A stretch of 58,541 nucleotides of DNA from Methanobacteriota archaeon (GTDB taxonomy: Archaea > Thermoplasmatota > Poseidoniia > Poseidoniales > Thalassarchaeaceae), in contig PAOZ01000033.1 of NCBI GenBank assembly GCA_002708695.1, positions 1 through 58,541 on the forward strand. Direction: 5' to 3'. The position numbers were made by a program, and so were the translations under genes. This document shows positions 47,156-58,300 of the stretch, one piece after another; positions within the stretch are counted from its first letter, which is position 1, and each line of letters opens with the position of its first letter. The notes below the pieces were generated by a model that saw only the letters and a list, made by a program, of their open reading frames with translations, was not told where the DNA came from and ran no database searches.

Positions 47156-49255
47156 ATGGGTATTAGTAATGTAGCCATCAAGACGTTTAATTCATCAGGT
47201 TCTCAATCTGTGTGTAGAGCCAACAAATTTAAAGAAGACACACTGATAGAATCTGATTTTTTAACCAAATGCACTACAAGTTATATATCTGGAACTGGTC
47301 AGAGTGTTATTCAGGGTAGTATAAAGGGTTTCCCCACTGGTCTTCCATCTCAGGCAAGCAATCATGACATATTTGATATTCCGGATGATGTTGATGCTAT
47401 TAGTGATATTGTATTAACTGGCACAATAAATTTCGACATTCCAGAAAATCCATCTAATGAAATAACATCATATGTAAATAGCACATCCATTTACTTTTCT
47501 GATTATCTATTTTTAAGTATGATAGATAAAATAGAGATTAAATTAGGAGGATTAATTATAGACACTATTACATCAGATTCAATTTATGCAAGAAACGTAA
47601 CCGAACTTGATGGCGAAGTATGCAAATATTCTGGTTCCAAAAGAATGTGTGAAAGCCCCAACGTTTATACAAATAGAAGATTACCACTTGGTGAGCGCTC
47701 TGACCATCCAAGTGGAGTCAACAATGGCAGCCATACTAGGAGCGCGCCTACAGGAACTTCTAGTATAAAAAATAATAAAGTAGAATGGTCTATATCTATT
47801 CCATTTACTGGAAGGGGTAGCCAAATGACTAATGCTTTCTTACAGGCTGGATCTACAACAAATACACTCTCGATGAAAGTTTACTATAATAATTTCGACC
47901 CATTAAGATTTCATGCTATTAGAAAAGAAATTTGTGATGCGTCGGTGGCGAGCATCACCCACGCCGATGGCTCAGGCGGAAGCATAACCTACCAGCCACT
48001 AACAAATGAAAATAGTGAGGGGTGTGGAATAGCAGCATGGCCTCTATTTGGATATCATCAGGCTACTTACGGAGTTAATCAGGAAGCCACTAATTGGAAA
48101 TTCTCAACATCGGCAACTATAACTACCCATATGATAACAGAGACTGAGAAAAACTTTATTAGAAACAATATAGTGAATAGAATTTTAAAAACATCAGAGA
48201 CACTTGAGTTTCCAGAACCCGAAAAGCTCTTAAATTCATCTCCCACTGGTTCAAATGACGCAAATGGCTCCGCGATTATATCAAAAAAACCACCCGGGGA
48301 ATATACAGAAGTAATGTTCGATATTAGTAACTTCGAATGTAATTGCAGTCATATTATATTATCTCTTAGGTTACCTTCTTTCGTTAATAACAGTTTAACT
48401 AAACATATTGACACAGCCTCTATCGCTGCCGCCATTGATGCCTCCGTTACGGCTAATACACAGGGTTTCTTGAATAACCACCTTCAATACCGCCAGAATT
48501 GGCCTTCATCCCCAGGACTTTTTTTCAATGCTGATAAGATTGACCCAACGATCTTCGCGCCTGGTCCGTGGCCACGCATCTCCATGAGCGCTGGATACTG
48601 GAGTGGTATAGATCATTTAGAATCTTATAGTCCACTAATCCCAGATGATAATCGTGGAGATTTTAATTCTTCTGAAACGATAACTCATTACCCTCTTATA
48701 CCATTCGATGTAACAGATTTCCGCACAGGTGGCATGGATTCTCAATGGCTCCATGCTAGCCTTGCGAACTACCACGCATTTACGGGAACTAACCCTATCC
48801 TCAAAAAACCTCATTATCCCGAGGTTCCTAGAGTAGGATATGTAAACGATTGGTTACACTCCGTTGAACTTGTAATAGGAGGCGAAAGAACTGGTTTTGT
48901 TCCCGGTACAGCTCTTAAGATTTCTCAATTAAGTGATTATGGATTAAAAAATCATAATAATGAAGGTATATATGTTTTAAAACTTTCAGATTCTGCATTT
49001 AGTACATCTGGTGTACCCCTTGCCAAATGTAATAGTGTAAAATTAAATATAAGGATAAACAATGATATATATAACCCAATAGCGAAACGAATTGGTACAT
49101 CTTCGGGAGATATATTGACTAGCACTAATTATGATTTTACCGGTGATACTCTAGATGGTACTTCTATAGCAGCAGGGAAACCAAAATTAGTTGCTACAGC
49201 TGTTGGTACTACAGTCCAAACAACTGTTGGTGGTTCTATCTCACTTTCAGCCTAA
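47156..49255 (+). CDS. Divergent double-jelly-roll major capsid protein paralog
   Basis: DVDAISDIVL..; LSMIDKIEIKLGGLIIDTI; SISIPF; MKVYYNNF; SHIIL; LHSVELVIGG; PLAKCNSVKL; VATAVGT. These follow the NCLDV MCP pattern. Confidence 0.75.
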   Translation: MGISNVAIKTFNSSGSQSVCRANKFKEDTLIESDFLTKCTTSYISGTGQSVIQGSIKGFPTGLPSQASNHDIFDIPDDVDAISDIVLTGTINFDIPENPSNEITSYVNSTSIYFSDYLFLSMIDKIEIKLGGLIIDTITSDSIYARNVTELDGEVCKYSGSKRMCESPNVYTNRRLPLGERSDHPSGVNNGSHTRSAPTGTSSIKNNKVEWSISIPFTGRGSQMTNAFLQAGSTTNTLSMKVYYNNFDPLRFHAIRKEICDASVASITHADGSGGSITYQPLTNENSEGCGIAAWPLFGYHQATYGVNQEATNWKFSTSATITTHMITETEKNFIRNNIVNRILKTSETLEFPEPEKLLNSSPTGSNDANGSAIISKKPPGEYTEVMFDISNFECNCSHIILSLRLPSFVNNSLTKHIDTASIAAAIDASVTANTQGFLNNHLQYRQNWPSSPGLFFNADKIDPTIFAPGPWPRISMSAGYWSGIDHLESYSPLIPDDNRGDFNSSETITHYPLIPFDVTDFRTGGMDSQWLHASLANYHAFTGTNPILKKPHYPEVPRVGYVNDWLHSVELVIGGERTGFVPGTALKISQLSDYGLKNHNNEGIYVLKLSDSAFSTSGVPLAKCNSVKLNIRINNDIYNPIAKRIGTSSGDILTSTNYDFTGDTLDGTSIAAGKPKLVATAVGTTVQTTVGGSISLSA

Positions 49256-49329
49256 ATACATAACTCTTAATTGTCTTATTTTTACGAATTTAATTGTAAT
49301 ATAATATATATCGTTATAGTATATATTAT

Positions 49330-52300
49330 ATGGCAACTGGTTCATTTGCCGCTATAGCATCATATAACGGAACCGGTACGCAGGGGTTAGCCGTTGTGGA
49401 TAAAATAAAAGATGACGATGAAGATGATGTAATGTCTGTATTCTGGAACAAAACAGATACAGATAAACAAATTTTACACGGATCTAACATTCTAGAGATT
49501 CCTACATCAACATCTAATAAACAAGGAACATGGGGTGGCAGTCAGACTTTCAGTGTTAATCCAGAAGTTGATTGTATAGGAGACATTTACTTAGCATTGA
49601 ATGTAGATTTTAACATCCCTGAATCTTCACTGGTTGAAGAACAATATCCAAGAACAATAACCACGTTATTACAAAAACCGTCTGATCCAAATCATGAATT
49701 TTTAAACAATACACAACCAGTTGGTTATTCTCTTAGGGGAACAAAGAAAGGTGATACAGAACCTAAGAGTAGTATAATAGGTTATCAACAGGGTTTTAAA
49801 AGAGATGAATCAACTAGTTATGATTCTAATGGAATACCGTCTGCATATTCTCAAAATGGATATCCAAATAGAGGAGAGGGGGATGATGAACATTGGATGG
49901 AACTTCCCGCTCAGAGAAAAACATTAAAAGGGATAAGAACTTATTATGATACTAACCCATCATCAGGAGAAGAACCTAATGAATTAGTTAATACAGGTAT
50001 GTTATCTAAATCTGATTCTGTTCATATGACAACAGTTGATACTCAGGTGAATCAACCCCATGATAATTCAGGTAATATTCTAGAAGGATTTAATAACTGG
50101 ATAAACACATCATTAATCGAAACCGCAAACGATAATCATTTAAGCGCTAAAGTAACAGATGGACCTCCCCCTGGTAGATTTCCTGGAGTATTAACCGAAG
50201 AAGACGCCAACGAAATAAAACACACTGGCAACGAATTTTTAGCTTTAGATGAAAACGGGGAATTTGAGATATATAATTCCGAGGGGGTTGTAGCAAGTGA
50301 TCTATTTAAATCTTATCTTAATAGAAATGACATCGATAATTTAGTGAATTATTATAATGACAGTACAACACGTTCGCATCCCCTCGAGACATTAAACGAG
50401 ACATCCGGGTTACAAGATGGGGAGGTTAAAAGTATAACAAAAAACAGTTTTTCTATAAATGATCAGGAAGTCGGTAACGCAGATTTTAATGGAGAGTGTG
50501 TTGCTATAAGCGAAGATGGTAATACAATGGCAGTTGGGCAGGGGTTTACAATATCTAGAGACGGACTGGTAACAGCAGGTGTTAAAGACGTTGCCCATAA
50601 CGCTCCATGGAACACATACACACCAGCCGAGACTCCTTATGGAACCTGGTCTCATGATAATAAAGTAGAAGGAGTACCAATTGGGCATTATATGAAAAGA
50701 CCTGATAATTTAAGCATAGATGATACTATAAGACATATTGGAAAAGTTAGAGTATATAAAAAGAAAAAAGGGATTTGGATGTTATCAGGAGTATTACATC
50801 CTCCAAAATCTACCTTTACACCACCCAAGAGACCCGGTATAAATAATACTATTGTACCGGGTCCTCAGAACGGGTTTGCTAATGGTAATACTATTTTTAC
50901 AGACCCGTCTTCTAATGGTATGACTTTAGAATGGACAGGGAAAAATCAACATAGTAGCGTCGTAAACCCAGATTTTACTGCTAATACACCCACAGATCTC
51001 AATGCAGAGTCTACTAATTTTACCGGTTTTACACAAGGTGGACTCCACGGTTTTACAAATAATAAATACATTAGTATAAACGCCGATGGTACTCGTATAG
51101 TAGTAGCCGAGTCTAATAAAAATTCAGGGGCTCCATATAATGGATGGAGTGGTACATTTGATTATACAGAAACCGATGGGTGGAAATTTATTAATGAAGG
51201 TTATGTGGGTAGATACAGTAGAGCCGATATGGATTACAAAGGAATTCCTGGTGCTTGGGATGTATCATTATCAGGCGATGGAAATTCTTTAGCTTCTTTA
51301 GACTTAAGAGCTTTAGCTGGGAATACAATAAATAACAGACACGCTTGTGCACCTATTGAAATGATAGATTATGAAAAATGGAAGTTGGGAGGAAGTGAAG
51401 ATTGGGATAAATTTCTTCCAGGAGATTATGATAATATTGATGAATATGTCGTAGATTATGATAACTACGCGAGCATCACGAACCCCGGTGCGGTGATTGA
51501 CGGGCGATTTTGGCAGCAATCCCCTATTACAGAAGAAAACCCTCAAAGTGTTCATAAATGGAAATGGGCATGGTTTATTTCTGAATTTGGAAGAAGACAT
51601 CGTTGGGATAGTAATTACGATGTAAATCGCGAAGGAGGGATAAAAACACATAGTCTTTCTAAATCTTGGGCAAGGGCATCATTGGAAAGAATTTTAGATT
51701 CTAAAACAGTTCCTTTTTCTGATTTTATTAGAATGAGACCTAGAATTGGTCATAGAATTTTACAATCCCCGGAATCGACAAATATGGGAGATTTTTTTGA
51801 CTTGGACCCCAACAATAGTAATACGGAGGTGACTGAGGACATTCCACGTGGTATAAAAGCTTCTAATTCAGGGTATATGAATTCTATTAGTTTTAAAGAC
51901 AACGGTATTAAACCAAGTAATCCTTATGAACCAAGTCTTTCACATAAGGAAAATTTTGACATACCAAGAAATACTATAAATACTGAAAATCAAACAAATG
52001 AATCCGGTACAACTTTTCCTGAATCGACTATTCCATTCAACCATTATGCATATTTTAAAGAGGCTGTATTTCCAGGCGGAGGTTCAGAAGCATATAAACC
52101 ACACCCGTGTAATGTTTGGATTAGATACTGGGATCCTACAAATCAAGGACCTAATAAAGATAATATAGGAGGAATAGGATATAATGAATCGGATAGAATA
52201 AATGGATGGGTAAATCATAAGGTAGATTATATAAAAGATTCAGGACTTTTTGGACGAGGAGATAAAGATATTTGGCATCAATACATATACAGAAAAATAT

Positions 52301-55300
52301 TAAATTTAGACGAGGCTCTTAAAGAGCATTGGGTGGCATTTCGCAACGCCGGCGTGGGCGGGTGGGGGAGCCCCGGCTACACCGGAAAAATCCATGACTA
52401 TCCACTGGGTGCAATCGGCGCCACGCTGCCGCCCGGGACGGTATCGGACGGCGGGGCAGACGGCTTGATAGGCGTCGGCGTCTACAAATGGCTCCATAGC
52501 CCGATGAGCGGTGGCGTAGCCCAGGACGTGGGTTATGTACCACCTCATGGTGGTGACGTTATTCAAGGCATGGCCGTGCCAGATGTATTTCTTGACACAA
52601 TAATACCTTTATACGCTGACGAGAATATGGAACAAAATGAGACGCCGCCTGGTTATGGAGAAATATCTAGAGGAAGGGCAAATTGGGGTTATTATGGGCA
52701 AAATATGGAGGACGAGGTTAGCTCCGAAGTCCCTGATGACTGGCCAACAAAGACTGATGTACATGCTATGAATGTTAATCCAAACTATCCATTTAATAGA
52801 ATGAGTGAATTTCAGCTCGGAATATGGGACCCAAGTCATCCTCAACATTCTCATCTTCAAAACTTAGACTATAAAATACCTGAAATATTAAATTTATACA
52901 TTAGAAATACATACATAGCGGGAGAACCAGAAAGATGGGCTGCAAAAGGTGTTAAAATGAGTTCAGATGGTAATAGAATAGTGTATATAACAGATGCTCC
53001 AACTCCTGTTGATAGAAGAAGTTTACCTTTAGAAACTTATAGTCCAGCCTCGGGGGCTTTGGGGTTGAATAGCATCGGAGGACAAATAACAAACATGCCA
53101 ACTTGGCCAACTCCTGCAAATTGTGAAGTGAGAGTTATAGAAAAGAATTCAGAAGGGAATTGGGTATATATGGCACATTCGTCTGGGGATATGTATTCTG
53201 GACTTAATGTTCCAGCTGGTCACGAGGCTATTGATATGACAATGAGTTCAGATGGTAATACCGTAGCTGTATACTCAAAAAGACCTAATTTATATCCAAG
53301 GTGGGCATGGGAAGAGGTTCGTAGACTAGAAAATGGGAAACCTATCGAGATAGAGCTTGATCCTGAAGAACAGGCTCGCGAGATAGTTTATTCTCAAGTG
53401 GGTTCTAATATAACCCCACCCACTAGCGATCCTTACGGATGGAATTATGCTAATGGTAATCTTGGTTCATCTATTGCCTTAAGTGGGAATGGGACGAGGC
53501 TTATTATTGGAGCTCCCGTGACTACCGGCGGCGGCGAGTTCGGCGACAACGGCGACCAATGGGGTAATGCATATATATATGATTGGGTTATAACCAATGG
53601 CACTGGTTCATGGCAGCTCCTCCCCGCGTACGTGCATGGCGACGCACCGGGTAGTCTTTGTGGTTCTTGCGTAGCGATAAATTATGATGGAACAAGATTT
53701 GCTGTAGGTTCAAATGATGGTGTTCGTGTATATGAATCTAATTTCCACGAGGGTAGCACACCTGGGCAGGGCTACTGGACGTTGGACATTATAGGCCCTG
53801 ATCCTTATGGTTCATTAACGGGTTTCACTCCAGCCTCTATATCTATGAATGGCGTTGGTGATCGTATTGTTATTGGGAACCCCACCAAAAATGGCAATGC
53901 AGGTGAGTGGAAGATCTTGTTTTACAACCCCACAAGACCCATCGACCCTGGATGGTACAGCCCCTGGGGGCACTACGGTGGTGCTAGCTCGATGACGGGG
54001 TTGTCTGTGGATATGGATGATTCTGGCGATAGGGTAATTATTGGATGTGGTGCGGCTTCACCCGAAGTTTGGCAATATGATAAAGGAGTTGATAGTGTGT
54101 GGGCACGGGTTTTCTCGTTGGGACGACTTTCTTCAGCTCATATATCAAATAACGATAGTGTGTCAATAAGTGCAGATGGGCTTATAGCGGCGGTAGGAAA
54201 TTCTACTTATGATAGCGGCGGAGTGACTGATCGTGGTGCGGTCATAGTCTTCGAAATTCCTTATGTAGTTGGGGTCGACGCGGAATACTCAGAACCTTCT
54301 GGCTCCGCCCATTTTTCCATCCGTCAACAATTTGAAGGCGGCGAACTCGACACTGGTGGTACTGGCGAAGTTATTGGTAGATCAGTTGCGTTGAACAATA
54401 ATGGTACTATTCTTTCTTTCGGGGGTGTTCATTATTTAAGTTCTGTTAGTAGTTATTATCCAAATAGAGGTAGTATAAGAACATATTTATGGGATGGTAA
54501 TCAGTATAATAGCGAATTAATTAAAGGCCCTCATGGCCAAGAAGTCCCCGGTAATTATATAGTTGGCGACCCTCAAGATATGATTGCAGTGGCTAATCAC
54601 GAACCCTCGGCACCCACGAGTCTCTCAAGTCATAATACTTTATCTATTAGTGCAGATGGACTTACTATTGCAGCCGGGCTTCCTTTAAAAAATCCTGATG
54701 GAGAGGCTCGTGTATTTAAAGGAGTTTATAGTCACCTGGGAGCGGGGTCAAGACCCGGGTCTTATTTTATTTCAGTTTACCCGGCAACCAGTGGCCTCAT
54801 ACAGGGTGGTGTGTTTTATTTAAATGATCAATTATCTCCAAAATTAAACTTTATCTACGGAAATTTATATGTTTTTACTTGGCCAAACGAATATCCTTTG
54901 AGTTTTTCTACTACACCAGATGGTATTCATAATGGAGGGGTTGATTATATTCCAGTTGATGGAACTAATGTTCAACCCGATAGCAAAGGTGGAATATATA
55001 GCGGACCTGATCCCATATATAACATTTTTCAAGCTGTCCCCGGTTTTGGCCATACTGTTATCCGTGCTGCAAAATCAATGCCAACACTTTATTACTACTG
55101 TAAAAATCAAGCTAATATGGGAAATAGAATCACATTTCAAAGAGCTGTTCCATGGGTAGAACCTATTCCAGAAGATGACTATACCGTATACAATTCTTTT
55201 ATAAACGACGGACTAAATGATATAAGCAGGGGAGTAGGAGAACCCGCTATTACAATCCATAGTATAGTTGATGGATCTTGGACACAAATAGGAGATACAA

Positions 55301-58300
55301 TATATCCTTCTGGATATCACGATACGGGTTTTAGACACAGATCGGTAATAGGAGATCCTATAGTAGGTTCTGAAGCTCCAGTTTTTGAAAGTCCTTTGGA
55401 TTTTATAGACAACCATTGGAAATATCCCCGAATGAAATACTCGCTAGATTTAAACTCAGACGGTAGTCGTCTAGTAATCGGGGCACCGATGAATATACCT
55501 GAAGATTCTGGACCTAAAACCGTTGAATATAATGTAGACGTAACGAGTTCAACTTTAATAAATCCTATTAGTGGCACACCTTTTATTATTTATTCTTATG
55601 AGATAAATGATAAAATTCAACCTAACCTCGAATTAGTAAAATTAAACACTTATAAGTTCAAAGGGAAATCTTTTATACAACAACCTGAATTTAAAGTAAC
55701 TTTAAAGATTCATTACCCTAGCACCGTCCCTTCCTCTACCCAGGGGTGGCAAGAGTATCATTCAACTATTATTCAGGGTCACGTGCAAACGCAAGATTAC
55801 CCTCCCAACCTTCCAGGTTCTAATTCTACATGGCCTCTTGTTATAACATCGGATAATGTATTTGATTCTAATCACCAGTACTCACAATATTATACCGCCG
55901 GGGGGGCGCCGCCTACAAGTAATTATTTTGACGTGGCTAAGTTAGAAGCGGCTGGCATGGATTTTTCGAGTGAAAAGGATGTAGTATATTTTCCGAGTCA
56001 TATTCAGTGGGCAATGTTTATAACTGGTGAATTCACTAAAAGAACTATAGTTTATCTTGTTATTAAAGATTCCTTGCTTAACATGGGCGCCAACGGGGAG
56101 GGGCGCGATCAAGACTTAAGTTCTTGGCAATTTTTGGGTCAAGACGAAGATCTTGTAATTGCCAGCGGGGCGTCGGGCTCCTCTGCGCAAGGTCCCTGGA
56201 AATTATATAAAAAGATTTATGAACCGGGTATTTATGAATATGAATTTAATTGGGACATTTCATACCATTTTTATCAAGAATCTGAAACACAACCTATCCG
56301 TCCAGATCCCATTATTAGATTTTCGACAACACCTAATGGGACACATAATTCAGGTGTAGAATACACTAAAGGGGTAACTATAGATCTAGAGAATAATATT
56401 ACAACTATAGAAGTATCTGATGACACACCAACCCTTTATTATTATTCCTCGCAAAACGATCGTATGGATGGCCTAGTAACTATTCTTGAAAGAACGGCTA
56501 AAAATTCAAGTGATTATTATAGAACATTTAATGGAGTAGACGAATATATAGTTCCTTGTGGTGAAGTGTTAGTTTATGATAAAAACCTTGATAATACATA
56601 CACTCTTAAAAACAGGATATCAAAAGACAACCAACATAATAAATCAGATTATTCAACTACAATTCTCACTCAACTTACCGGGGATGTGATACCTTATACA
56701 AGAACTGATTCTAACGGGGATTTATTACCTCATTCCCCTTACGTAGAAGGAATTACTACAATAAAAACGAGTATAGATTACATAGGTAGTGGACAAGACA
56801 GTGGATATAGATTTGGTTCATCAGTTTCTATCTCAGGGGATGGTAATACAATTTCTATAGGAGCACCAGAAACTGGGGTTCAAACAGTAGATGGAAGTGA
56901 AGTCATAAGCGGTGCTTCTGATATAGCCAATACATTTACGTATACTGCTACAACAGCTCCAGTGCCCGGACCTAAGAAAAAACCCGGAGATAAATTCGCA
57001 AAAGCATTAGATGTATTTAATCTAGTAAACCAGGCTCAAAAAAGATCTAATCACGATATAACAGATTTTTCTAATTTACCAGATATAGGCGAACCTATTA
57101 ACTGGAAGAAACAGTTTAAAGAAGTTCCCGAAGGAGCTATATTACCTCCTGAGCTTGACGAATATGATAATCCACAGTGGGCAAGTTCAGATTTAAAAAG
57201 TAAAGTTAATTTCCCCCTTTCTAAAATAATAAAACGAATAGAATTTACTGTAGGTACACAAATATGGCAAATACTAGAACATGATGATATTTTAGCTATC
57301 AACGCAACCGAGTTACCCGAAAGCTCTTATAGACGTTTAGGTCTTCAATCACACGGATTTTTAAGATCGGATGGTACTAGAGAATCTACAAAAATTGATA
57401 ATTGGATACCTGGTAAATCATATCAGGCTGTAATTCCTCTCCCTGTTTTAACTAAAACAATTGGAGGTCAATTAGAAAATTTTACCCAAAATACAGAGGA
57501 TGGTTACTTATCTTTTTTGGCAAAAGATCAAGAAGTTAAAGTTAGAGTTTTTTATTCTAATTTTGAAGACATTTGGGATGTAAACGAAGTATTTGCAACA
57601 AAGGGTTTTACAGCTGCTATTTATAACCTTGAAAATAAACAGAGAGGTTTTGGTCAATATATAACAAATGCGCCCATACCATGGAAACCAGATGCTATAT
57701 TAACCAGTAAGTTATTTGGGAAACACTTCATTATGGCAAAGGAAGAAAAAGAATATTTTAAAAATAATCGGGGAAGGTTTGGTAAAAATATAAAAAGTAC
57801 ATCTACTCCGTGGAAACGAAATACTACACGCACTGGTAATTTATTTGGGAAAAACATAATTATGGCAATGCAAAAAGATACTATTATACCGAAAAGAGTT
57901 AAGTCATCCCAAAATGTAAATAAAATATTCCCACGAGAATTATATCCCGATACTAAAATAATAATAGACCTTGATAGTTTTAGTTTGTATTCATCTCATC
58001 TTATAATAACTTCTAATTTCCCAAGTTTTTCTGATAAAACAAAAATTCCAGTATTAAAAAGTGCAGAATTATTTTTAAATTCAGAATCGTTTTCTGGTAT
58101 AATGAATGCTTCTATACTTAAAGGTATTACAAATAAATCACTGGGATTATACTCAAATGAGTTTAACATAGACAATCTAGATACAGCAGCAGGTAATGAA
58201 TATTATGTTTTTCCTTTAGCTTCAAGAGCATTTGGGGGTTCTTCTATCCCTCTAGATCGTTTTGATAACATAAGACTAGAACTAATGTATACATCGCCTA

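Noticed and set aside
49621-57195. Capsid insertion as an intein or self-splicing intron
   Set aside because: The ORF is open throughout, with no Cys/Ser...His-Asn splice motifs and no LAGLIDADG/HNH/GIY-YIG domain; the content is propeller-like.
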